Part shown: positions 1 to 11,600 of the stretch, piece after piece
How positions within the stretch are numbered: the stretch's first letter is position 1
Layout of the letters: each line of letters begins with the position of its first letter
Source: Phoronis australis
Taxonomy: Eukaryota > Animalia > Phoronida
Direction: 5' to 3'
NCBI GenBank assembly: GCA_002633005.1
Contig: NMRA01000163.1
Coordinates: 648,884 to 712,883 of the forward strand
DNA length: 64,000 nt
Notes under the pieces: model-generated
What the model was told of the DNA's origin: nothing
Databases searched by the model: none
What the model saw: only the letters and a program-made list of their open reading frames with translations
Translations under genes and position numbers: made by a program

Positions 1-74
1 TTTTTTTTTTAATTTTTGGGTCCTGGCCCGAGGGGGGGTTTAAACCCCCTGAACCCCCCGTAGATCCGCCACTG
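1..74. mobile_element. Right end of a GC-rich MITE (CAGTGGCGGATC-type terminus)
   Basis: Ends ...ccccccgtagatccgccactg, the same terminus type as the copies at 1391, 22248 and 57088. Confidence 0.6.
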
Positions 75-1390
75 CAGGAAACATTATATCCGACTTGTTT
101 CCAAATTAGTTAGGTGTGATAAGACAGAACTCTGAAGTCCAAGCGGCCACAGTCACAGTGATGACAGTGATGTGTAGAAAATCACCAATTCACCTTCAAT
201 TCAGACCCTTTTTCACTCACTTTTTATGCAAGTACAACCGTACAGGTGTACATGACTGGCCCCAGTTAGATTCCCGGTTCGGAAATTGATCTGAGTCGGC
301 ATTTACAACAGTTGTTCAGTAACATTTACATTGATTCATGAGGAACGCGATAGGCCTACTGCCTAAATCAGAAATCGCGAGCCACCATGTTTACAAAAGC
401 ATCGTCTACCGAGCAAAAGGATAGAAGTGAACTACTTTCGCGCAGGCAAATGTACGAGTAAGATAATACACGCAGTCTGTTGGCTTACGTAGTAAATGAA
501 CTATTCCCCCACAGAAATACACACAAGAAGGGGTTTTCCGAGGAATTTTTATTTAGGGGAGACAACTCTGCAACTTGCCGATAGCTAGAGAGAAAAACAT
601 AGATCTAAGGATTCATTATGCTGAATATTGGAAGATTTTTCGGTGTCAGAGTGAAGTTTGCCCATGTTGATGGTACACAGCTAATCGTCCGGAAGGCAAT
701 ATTTGAGCCCAAACCCATTTTCAAATCAAATCTGTGGAGAGCATAATTCAGTTCCCTTGTTTGCCGATAGCGGAGGTCACGAACAGTGTGACCTAGATAT
801 CACAAATGCTGTTTTCGAACGAATTTTTTGAAAAAAGCCGGTGTCCAACAGGGTGTTGAAAACGGGTTCGGGGCCAGAAATGTAAAAAGCAGTCACTTAA
901 AGTTTCGTGGTCTGTAGTACGATTTGCAAGCTCTAATGAGGAAGATTTAGCCCGGAATGATTCCCAGGTAGTGCAACAAGAAGCAGTCGGTCATGTATTT
1001 TGCTAAAAAAAAAAATTAATTCTGAAATTACTGCACATAGTCATAGAGGACTTCGATGAGACGCAGGTCGGTTAAGGTTGTACTAGTTCTTTTTAACAGT
1101 ATATTGCTGATTTTAATTTATGCTGTGTTTAAGGCATCACATTTATTTAAAAAAAACTCATACGTCCCGCCATAGACGTATCCATGGAATTAGGGGGCCC
1201 CGATCTCAATTTCTGAAGGATAAGCCTTCATAATAGTCTTGTGAAGGGCGTGACATCAATTTTTGTAGGACAAACCCTCGTGAGATCCCTGAAAACGAAA
1301 GGTCGGCCCATTTTTTATCGTGTGCAGAATGAGGGAGCCCTGGGCCCTCTCAGACCCCCCTATATCCCATGCAGCGTACCGTCATGGCTT

Positions 1391-1521
1391 GATAGGCGGA
1401 TCCAGGGGTTCAGGGTCAAAGGGTTCTGGATTTTTCCCTTGATTTTAGTTATGTAAAATCTAGAATTTTTGAATTGTTGACTTGGACCCCTTTTTTTAAA
1501 AAAAAAATGGATCCGCCCCTG
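1391..1521. mobile_element. Short MITE, CAG(T/G)GGCGGATCC terminal inverted repeat family
   Basis: Inverted termini ataggcggatccagggg ... ggatccgcccctg. Confidence 0.6.
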
Positions 1522-2227
1522 AGTTTGGTTTCAAGACAGATTGTGCTGGTGAGAGTACAGATAAATAATATGGAAAGAAATTTTATCATTCCTGAATCAG
1601 TAGTAGGTATCAGAAATGGCTAAGGATTTCAGGAACTGAAAACGACATGTCAATGCCATTTTTATCGTGTGCGAAAGTGAAGCCTAAATCCACTTATGCA
1701 GTGTAAAGTTCGGTTTCAAAATAGATTGTGCCGGTAAATGTACAAGTAAATAATATGGAATGGACTTTCCAGCAACAGAAACAAGAGTTCATATAGTAGC
1801 CAGAAAATAAATGAGTAATTTTTGTTCAAAACTTTATTTTTTAAAACGATAAACATACAAAATGCCACCAATGCTGCTTTAAATAGCAGTATTCAGGTTT
1901 AAATAGTAAATGACTAGAATGGAAGATTTAGCCAGTTCATATGACATGTTTGCATGCAATAAGATATTGTTGTGAAAACAGCAACATCACTTAGCACAAA
2001 ATGAACATCATAAATGAATACAAAAAATGCAAATGTTACAAATTTCTACCACAAGGAATAACTGAATTTCAACACATATGAAAATAATCATAAGAGATCA
2101 AGTAACAAAATAAAATCTAGTGCAAAATATATCAGCACTACTTCCATACAACTCTAACTTTTGCACGGTGTCATAGATGACATCTGATGCACTTCAAAAA
2201 TAAAAAATAAATCAAATATATTCATGC

Positions 2228-3266
2228 CAGCCCTCGAAACAGGCGAAAATGCCTGCTCGAAAATACGAGTGACCGCATACTATTCTGCACTCATATTCCC
2301 AGATTTGGACTCGCAAAAAGTGACGACCTAAAAAAATGCTGAACATTCGCTCCGTGCCTGTTAGATTGTACGGGTGAGGTCAATTTCCCATTCATATTTA
2401 AAGGCGAAGGCAACCTTTTTTCATGTCTTTTTTAGCAAAAATAAGGTTCGTTGGTTATCCCAGACATATTTTCCCCTTCATGACAGCTTTTCGTAATTTA
2501 ATTAATTATTCGTTCTCTACTCCGGAAGTGGCGTTTTAAGAGGCAAGAACATCCCGCCTATTTCTTTTCGTATAGTCTGACTGTGAAAGCTGCCGAGTCA
2601 GTCATTGCTCTGTTTCGCGGTTTTGATAAGTTCAGTCATCGTGGGCTGTCCCAACAACTGTCCCACTTGCCCGAGACACACTCCCACTGATAGTGACCTG
2701 AGCACACAAACTGCTTACACCCCGCTGTGTGACACCCTCGCCACACACCTGGCCCCTTCTAAATAGCTCCAATACTTTAGACAAGTCCGCAATAAACTTA
2801 TCTGTTCATTGAACGATGAGCTGTTCTCTTCACTGGGTGTACTCGAACGGGGCCTGTATTCACTCCCACTACTCAACACCGCAGCTGGGCTGCTTAAAGG
2901 CTTTGGGCCATAATGAGTACATCCCGGTAGGCAGCAACAGTGTGGCATGTTGACTGACTGGTAAACACGAGCAAACGACGACTGAACTTATGACAACTGA
3001 GGTAGATCTATGACTGACTCGTCAACGCTCATATAGTCAGAATACGGAAAAAAAATTGGCGCGAAATCCTTGCCACCTAAAACGTCACTTCCGGAGTAGA
3101 GAACGGATAATTAAATTACAAAAAGCTGTAATTAAGAGGAAAATATGTCTGGGATAATCAACGAACCTTATTTTTGCTAAAAATGACATGAAAATAGGTC
3201 GCCTTTGCCTTTAACTTTATAAATCGTATTTTCGAGCATGTACATGCTTAATTATGTCGAGCCCTG
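2228..3266. mobile_element. Small non-autonomous DNA transposon (hAT-like, 5-bp TSD) interrupted by a Kolobok-like element
   Basis: Termini cagccctcgaa / gtcgagccctg flanked by the direct repeat CATGC. Perfect 15-bp subterminal inverted repeat at 2254-2268 and 3224-3238. Confidence 0.6.
2402..3210 (-). mobile_element. Kolobok-like internally deleted DNA transposon
   Basis: Imperfect TIRs of about 200 bp, AGG...CCT termini, TTAA on both sides (2398-2401, 3211-3214). The internal minus-strand ORF starting at 2948 begins MPHCCCLPGC, like a THAP N-terminus. Confidence 0.8.
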
Positions 3267-5600
3267 CATGCAATGAATATCTAGTGTTGGGATAATACCG
3301 ACTTTACCCTAACTAAGATTGGAATCATCTACCAATGGTCACTACAATACTGTGAAAAGTGCTCTTTTTGACCGCCTCTTGATTTTGCGAGGGAGCAATA
3401 GCTTGGTGTACAGAGGGGCTAAGTCTGGTGTTAAAGGCACTCTGGGTCCCAACTGCAGTCTCTCTGGCAAATTATGTAAGCAAAAGGTCTAGCCAACCTA
3501 AAAATAAAAGCAACGTATCAGCAGCAGAATCTCCAGATTTATAGAATAAATCAACCACATCGGCTTTTTGTTAGTCTGAATGGAAATTAATTTGTTTTGC
3601 AGCATAATGCCATAATGCTGACCTAAAGACACTCTACTTATTTTAAGCCTGAGGACTGAGGCCACACAGCTGTGCTTGTGACGTGTTGCAAGTTTAATAG
3701 TCCATACGTGCAGAAATGAATTCGTTGAGTGGGAAACTGTAACAGACGTACTAAGGCTATATTAAAACACATTTCACAGACCACTGCAACTGTAAAATAG
3801 TTAATAATAAATCGACAGTAAAATCATTAAGTAATTGTGTGCAGCAACAACTCGGTTGGTCAGTCACTGAATCAGCTGCGCTGTGCCGCTACACCAGCTA
3901 TGCCTGGCATGTTTATACTCACTGTTTTCGATTTTCCTCAAACTATGACACGTTCAACTTGCCGAAATTCCTCGCCCACAGTCTCTACGTGCTTCAGTAG
4001 TTTAGATTCTGTGATATCAATATCAGATTCCACCAAACTTTGAAGTTAATTACAATTCTTGTCGATCACCTCCTTCGTGAGTGTAAACGCAAAACAAGGG
4101 AACTGACCTCTGACCTAGACTGTGATTGGCAAACACTCACACGACGATCGCCACCTTGCGGATGGCCTAGTTCACGAATTTCTGGTGATGTACACCGCAT
4201 GGGCAGGGCGGACCTTCACAATGTTTGCTACATGTTTCCAGTGTTAACTTTGTGTCTACGGCTGTTCTACGCTTACGAGGTGATTTCATGATTGTGGTAG
4301 TTGAAGCCATTCTTTGTCATAGTAATGCAGACGAAGGACAAATACATTTTTGTCAACAACCTAAAATTTGTTTCAGTTCATAATTATGCACATTTCATGT
4401 CCTGTTACACCATAGACTGATGGAGCTATCTTCGTGGGATGTCTCCAAAGTCCTTGTACTATATTAAGGGACAAAGATCTTCATCAGTGATTACCTGCTT
4501 GTGCTCCTAACGTACTGCTAGCCTTTCTCGAAGTCTGATAACATTACCTGTCGAATGGTTGTTTCATGTAGGCCTTTTATACATTAACTGTTGAAGTAGC
4601 AATCCTGTCACTACTGCGTCTTTGGGATGGACCATGGGATCCAATAGATCGATGCTGCTATCTGCTTTTGACAGATTCGTGCAATATCCTAGGCATGGGC
4701 ATCAAGACGTGCTTTACTTTCCGGCTTCCGTGTGATAGGTTTTAGTACAAGATCTAGTGTTGGCCGCTCTCCACCTCTCCAAGATCTATCTGTTTCAATC
4801 TTGTGCCAAAGCTTAAGAATCTCGTCTTTGAGGGCAATTCCCTACTATTCCCTCACTACTGTTTTCGTACCTCATGAATGTGGTCCCTTTAAACTGATCG
4901 CTCCGAGCTCCATTCCAGCATTCACCGGCCAAGTCATTAAACTAATCTGCTTTTCTTCTATGTTCTGTGGGAACGCAGGGCAATAGGCAATATTTTTTTG
5001 GAATGTGAGGTCTCAAACTGCAGAACACACACTACACCAAATATTTTCTTACTTCATCATCAAAAAGGAGATTCTTCAAAGTTACCATGCTACAACCTGC
5101 AACTTGAACAGATCTCATTAAATTCATTGACCATTGAAACATGGGTGCAAATATTTATAACTAACCTCTGGTGTCTTATGCAGCAGTTATAAGCACAAGT
5201 AGAATTTTGAATGACAGCTGGAATTTGTGTAAGTTATCAATAAGGGAAAACGTCAACATTATCTGGCTGTAGTGCTTGGTAAGGAAATTATAAGCAGAAA
5301 TAGAATTTTGCATAATGGCGACCTTAATTTGCATATTTTAAAAAATGCTCAAGGGCTGCGAACGGTCACCCTCCTAAATCATGATTAACTATGCCTAGGC
5401 TACGTGAAACAGCAAAGAAAAAACTTTATCCGACAAATCCAGGTTAAGTCAAAAAACAGCATTTGGCTCCCGGACTAGTATAAGGGACAGCTCGGAGCAT
5501 AAACTGACACGTGAAATGCCAACTTGTAGAGCCTGGTAATACATGTAAATCCTTTTGGAGTCCTGAAATTTCCTCCAATTTTACCACGGAGGTATTTACA

Positions 5601-5618
5601 ATGGAAGCAGTTGCATAA
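5601..5618 (+). promoter_or_regulatory. Candidate uORF (MEAVA*) in a putative GSS 5'-UTR exon ending at 5620
   Basis: acaATGgaagcagttgcaTAAcg is followed by GTAAGT at 5621. A 69-nt intron leads to the acceptor at 5689 and the GSS ATG at 5692. The GSS frame in this upstream segment has no ATG back to a TAG at 5527. Confidence 0.4.
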
Positions 5619-5691
5619 CGGTAAGTGGTCTAAATCATTATTTTATAAGTCGGATTTGTAGCCAGTTGAGTTGTGTTCTATTTCTCTAGCA

Positions 5692-8600
5692 ATGTGTGCA
5701 TTGAAGTGGATAGAGACGTTGAACAGTACAGAGGTTGAAGAGATTGAATCGTTTACAAGAGACTGGGCATTTCTGCATGGTAAGTCATTTCAGTACTAAG
5801 AGAGCGCAAAGTACGCTTATTGCACTGTAGAGCCTATTACATAAACTATCTAACTACGTAGAGAGCCCGTGTAGAACCTAATGCATAATCTATATAACTA
5901 CGTAGAGAACAAGTGTAGAGCCTAATGCATAACCTACATGTATCTAACTACGTAAGAGCACCGTAGAGCCTAATGTATAATCTATCTAACTACGTAGAGA
6001 GCACGGGCCCGTTCCAACAAAACTGACTTAGCTAAAACAAATCTTAAATTTTTGTAAATTTTAAAATAAAAGTTAAATTTGTCTCAAAACCAATTCAAGA
6101 AAGAGATCTTAAGTTTGTTTTAAGTGTTTGACATGAGTTTTGTCTTAATTTTGACTTACTTGCCTAATGTGGAAGTTTCAAAGTTTGGAAGTTAAGACAA
6201 ATCTTAAACTTAAGTCAAAAATGAACTTAAGTCAGTTTCTTGGAACAGGCCCCACGTCTAGAGCCTAATGCATAAACCTTATAACTACGTAGAGAGCACC
6301 GTAGAGCCTAATGCATAATCTATCTAACTACGTAGAGAGCACTGTGGAGCCTAATTCGTAATCTATCTAACTACGTAGAGAGCACCGTAGAGCCTAATGC
6401 ATAATCTATCTTACCACGTAGAGAGCACGTCTAGAGCCTAATGTATAAACTATATAACTACGTAGAGAGCACCGTGGAGCCGTATGCATAATCTATCTAA
6501 CTACGTAGAGAGCACTGTGGAGCCTATTGCGTAATCTATCTAACTACGTAGAGAGCACTGTAGAGCCTAATGCATAAAGTATATAACTACAAGAATAAGG
6601 TAAAAACAAGGCATCTGTAAAGAATTAGGTTTCTGAAGTTATAGTGAGATCGCAAAGTCAATACGCAACCACGAAGTGATTGTTCTGTTGCAGCAGTTAT
6701 TGCATTTTTGTTTTGTGCTTGCGATATCGTGCAACTTTTAATGTAGTTAAACAGAAACCTTGGAATTTGTGCGTTTTAGTTTTTCTAAAGCGGTTAAAGG
6801 ATATTTATTGTTGTAAACTAACTTTGGAACAGGATTTGTGACACAGCGTTGGCTGTTTTTTATTTACACCGTGTTTGGAATGTTTGACCACCATCAATTC
6901 TTCCGCTTTCAGCCGGAAATAATTGATAATCACTACGGTGGCCCACCACCAATGACGGTATAGGAGGCCTGTCCTCATAACTATCTGTATACAGTTTCAA
7001 ATCATTCGTCAACCGTCAATTCCTCGATCTGCTATTGTCGCAATGTAGTAGCAATTTTCCGCAACTGACCACATTTGCCAGATCAGCATTGCCAATTGCG
7101 TTACTGAAACCTGGAATTTCAATTTCATGGCAACAGTCACTCACTGTCAGTCTGTATATGTTCTGCATACCACCACTGATCAGGTGGAGCAGCTATTGGT
7201 TGTTGGTTGGCAACCAACTAACTCAGTTTCTGTCTTTTATATCACTATCTACATGTAATTCCTCACCAGCTGGGCCCGGTTGCATAAAACTTTCTATCCG
7301 GCGTATAAGCTCTTATCCGCCGGATAGTTATACAGACTTTTATGCAACCGGGCCCAGGTGAAGTAGCTATTGGATGTTAGATGGCAACCAACTACATGTA
7401 ACTCTCAGTCTGCACTCATTTTGTTTTTATCATCAGGTGGGGCAGCAATTGGTTGTTAATTGGCAATCAACCAACTCACTCTCAGTCTGCACTTGATTTT
7501 ACCACCGGGTGATGCAGCTACTACAGGTAGTTGTTAGTTAGCAACCAATTAACTCAAAGTCAAAGAGTGTCTCTGATCATAGTCTAATTCCTCACCAGGT
7601 GGAGTAGCTATTGATTGTTAGTTGGCATACAACGAACTATCTCACTGTCTGTTTCTGATCGCGGTCTAATTCCTCACCAGGTGGAGTAGCTTTTGGATTT
7701 CAGTTGGCAACCAACAGCTCACTCTGATTCTGCACTCATCTTGTTTCCACCACCAAGTGGGGCAGGTATTGGTTGTTACTTGGGAACCAACCAACTCACT
7801 CTGAGACTGCACTCACCTTGATTCCACCATCAAATGGGGCAGCTACATGTATTGGTTGTTAGTTAGCAACCAACTGAGTCCTTATCTTCTGTCTCTTGGA
7901 TCACTTTCTAATTTGTCACCAGATGGAGCAGCCATTGGTTGTTAGTTGGTAAACAACTAACTCGCTCTCACTCTGCCCTCATTTTGTTTCCACCACCAGA
8001 TGGGACAGCTAATGGTTGTTAGTTGGTTGACCAAATAAGACCGTATCTTCTGTCTCTTGGATGACTGTCTAAGTTGTCACCAGATGGAACAGCTATTGGT
8101 TGTTGGTTGGCAACCAACTAACTAGCTCTCACTCTGCCCTCATTTTGTTTCCACCACCAGGTGGGGCAGCTAATGGTTGGTAGTCGGCAACCAACTATGT
8201 CCCTTTTTGATTCTTAGATCATTATCTACATGTAATTTGTCACCAATTGGAACATCTATTGGTTGTTAGTTAGCAACCAACCAATCGTGTCTCAGTCTGC
8301 ACTCATCTCGTTTCCACCCCCAGGTGGAACAGCTGTTGGTTATTAGTTGGCAGCCAGTTAACTTACTCTATATCTCTTGGATCACTTTTATTTTGTCACC
8401 AGATGGAGCATCTACTGGTTGTTAGTTGGCAAACAGTTTGTTCGTTATTTATGAAAGTTACAAGGTTGCGAGTACTTTATCGTAACGCCGCTTTTGTGCT
8501 TGGCCGAAACACAAAAAGTGGCTCCTGACGTCATCGCAATGACATTACACACTATCGTACGGCGCACAAACCGATGCCCTTCCTGTTCAACTTTCACGTC

Positions 8601-11600
8601 TTTAGGAAATTTGAACACAGATACGTTCTCGGTCAAGTTGCTGTTATTACAGCCTACACAAACGCACCTTTTAATGTCTGATATTGGCGGTTTCCGCGGA
8701 CTTTAATCACAACTCTTCAGTATCGCACTGGTAAAAACAACAATGGTGGGGACGGTCTTCCACCCATTAAACGTACATCCCCGATGAATTAAAAATATTT
8801 TTAAAAAGTTTTGGCTTATTTCTTAGCAGCAGGTATACGAAAAGCTATTGAATGTCTCAAGATGTATTAATAAAATTCTTTTTGAGACTCAGGGTAATAG
8901 TGGTAACTCTTTAAAGTCTTTTGTTACATTCTGCTTCATAACAGAAGGAACACCAAAGAATCAGAGATTATATTCGGGNTCTCTCCGTCTCCCACTGCCT
9001 CTGGCAAATAAGCTCTGAAATTGTGGTTACATTGCAATACAGGTATCACCTTACGTACACCTGAGGCTCCTGGAAGTTCATATCGAGCAAGGCATGCTCC
9101 TTTGACAATATTCCCTTCTCCTGTCAAAAGACAATTGTACGAAGAAGCAGTGGCATTGCAGAGTGACTTCAACCTCCTCATGTTTCGAGTTGCCTGTGAT
9201 CATGACTTTTTAAAACACTGTCTCGAAAGGTAAGTATTTGCATATTCCAGAAGTTAGGGTTACATGCACTTAGGAACCTAGAAAAAGTCGGAATTTGGCT
9301 TATTTTGTAACATCTTATCCCAGAAATGGCTCATCAGATTCAAAGGAAACTTTTAGATGCTGTTTTTAAGCACAGTTCTCCAAAGTGTTGTTAGGTATTG
9401 TGTTTAAATCGATTAACTTTCCTGAGAGGGGCTATCAAGTTCCATAAAACGAATTGATGATTTAGAAAACTAATAGTGATTTTGAGAATTCATCTTGATC
9501 ACTTAGTCATGATGGAGTTGGTTTGCTTTAAAATTGTCTTTCCTTCTCAAATATTCAAGTAATACTTGGAGTTTGGCTAATGTGTTTCCGTAACTTTATA
9601 GTTAAATTGGTCTGACTCAACAAGTAGACATAAGAAGTTGCCATTTACACATCGATGTGTGACCGTAAAACGCGAAAATAATTCACGATTCATATACACA
9701 TTGAACACCGCATACTGAAAGCATTGTGCAAAATTTACTTGTGCTTGAAATACTAAATATATTGATAAAAACTAATTATGTGTGTGCAAGAATCTGTTTC
9801 TGCATGGAGTTAAAATGTAATGATTTTTATTTGCCGCGGTGATATAAATCTACCATTTGTTTACTATAAACGTCATTCGTTTGCAGTGTCATTAAAGTTG
9901 ACAAGTTTATGAAAGGACTTTGGGATATTTACCAACACGTACACGAAGAAGGAGCAGCTCAGGTAGATCCATAATGGCTTAGTGCACTTGTTTTCGCCGG
10001 TTCCGTCGGGTCAACCGGCTAATAAGGCGGAAGTCGTTATCGAGAACCAATAGCATGTCTTAGCTGCTTGACCCGGTGGAACTGGCAAAAGCAATCAAGT
10101 GCAGCCATATCAGAATACATGTATGCTAATTATTAATCTAGCTACATGTACATTGTAGGCATAAATGACTTTTCTCTCTTTTGGTGTCTTGGATTTTGAA
10201 ATTCAAGCCAAAGCAACAGGGCTGAGTTGCATAAAGCTTCAAAAGTTATCCGCTGGATAAGTTAGATTGTTGCATGACGTCAGGTGCATTGTTCAACAAT
10301 AACAACGTGACGCGTGATAATGCGACGTCATTGTTGCTATACGGCGTATAACTTTTATGCAACTGGGCCCAGATGTTTAATGGCCAACTACGCTATGTTT
10401 AGAGTATTCATTCTGTGCCAGCTTTCAAATTTCTTTGTGAGTAAATTAGCGCTTTTATAACGCATGTTAGAAATCTAATAGTGGAATAATCACTGCTGTT
10501 CCAGCCCCACACACTAGGTGTGTTCAGAAGTGATTACATGATGCACACTCCAAATGACCATGAGACGTGTTTAAAGCAGGTTGAATTCAACACAATCGCT
10601 GCGGGCATGGCTGCCTTTGGTGAAGAAATTTCCTCCTACCATAGGTCTGTGATTTTGGGTCTGAGCTACATGCATAAGCGCTCATTTATCCGGAACACTT
10701 CGTCTGTTCTTGTGCATGTAAGGCCTTTTGGACTCACCTCAGAATTGTTTCATATCTGCGCATGCGCGAACTTCAACAATTACGGCAACCACGGTCTCTG
10801 ACGGCAAGTCATCGGCGACTCTAAAAATGGGAATCCGCTGTCATAAGTCTTCGAGTTAACGGTACAACAGGACTCCGACACTCGCGAGGAAAGCTATGGT
10901 GATCACCTGCTTCGCCTTTACTGCACTGCAATACTCTCAAGAATTGCATGGTGTTTTCGCGAGTTCCTCGCGTTTACAGTACGTTGCTCGGGAATCATAC
11001 CAAGGGTCAAAAACTGCATATCGTACGCACCTTTTGAGACCCACTCGACTGAAGGCACGGTTTTCAACCGTCTCATTATCACATCGTTCTGCATTGTTCT
11101 CTTCCAAAGCGCTAGATGAAGCGACAGCTATCTTCTTAGGACGGAAAACAACATTTTGTTTAAGAGGCGTGGCTTCGTGATATTTGCATATTAGAATATT
11201 TTCTGGGCAAGGAAAAAGCACTGTCACTAGTCAACAAGGCTGACTGACATGATAGCAGGCAATAGCCAGTCGGAGTTAAACTGTCTTTAGCTTGCGTAGA
11301 GTGGAAGATCATGTAAATCGTTTTGCTGATTTGATTGAAATTTGCAAATCCGCAGGTATGAAACACGGCTGAGGAAAAGTTTGATGTTCTGGAGGTACTT
11401 GAGGTGTTCTGGATTGATTTAGTGAAATGCTGATATAGTTTTAAAGTGTCACGAGAAGCCATTCTTTTCTTAAGATATCTCATTCAATTGAAATGGCTTC
11501 TAACTAATCTTTGAAGCTGTCATAGTTCAAATCACTTAAACAAGAATTGTATAATTTCATGAATGCTCTGAAATAACCGTATCTCTTTGCTTTGCCTTGT

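Noticed and set aside
381-461. Perfect Kozak GCCACCATG opening a 24-codon ORF
   Set aside because: Short, with no recognisable homology or downstream exons. It could equally be a reverse-strand YY1-like motif.
3330-5000. Possible minus-strand spliced transcript or decayed ORF (splice-like signals near 3498, 3924 and 4871; minus-strand AATAAA near 1835)
   Set aside because: Every frame I tried has stops and no recognisable domain. It cannot be told from chance without RNA data.
5311-5478. Possible Academ-like transposon terminus upstream of GSS
   Set aside because: Resemblance is from memory only; no partner end or TSD was found.
7171-8435. CRISPR-like appearance (palindromic repeat with intervening sequences)
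   Set aside because: The linkers are two recurring homologous types rather than unique spacers, the repeats are degenerate, there are no cas genes, and the array lies in a spliceosomal intron.
7171-8435. CTCF-like motif in the satellite core (caccaggtggagcagc)
   Set aside because: It has two extra bases relative to the CTCF core spacing, unlike the well-matching HINE motifs.
10896-11483. Cluster of overlapping 94-107 aa ORFs in a GSS intron
   Set aside because: No recognisable domain or splice-compatible structure; likely chance ORFs in repeat-derived DNA.
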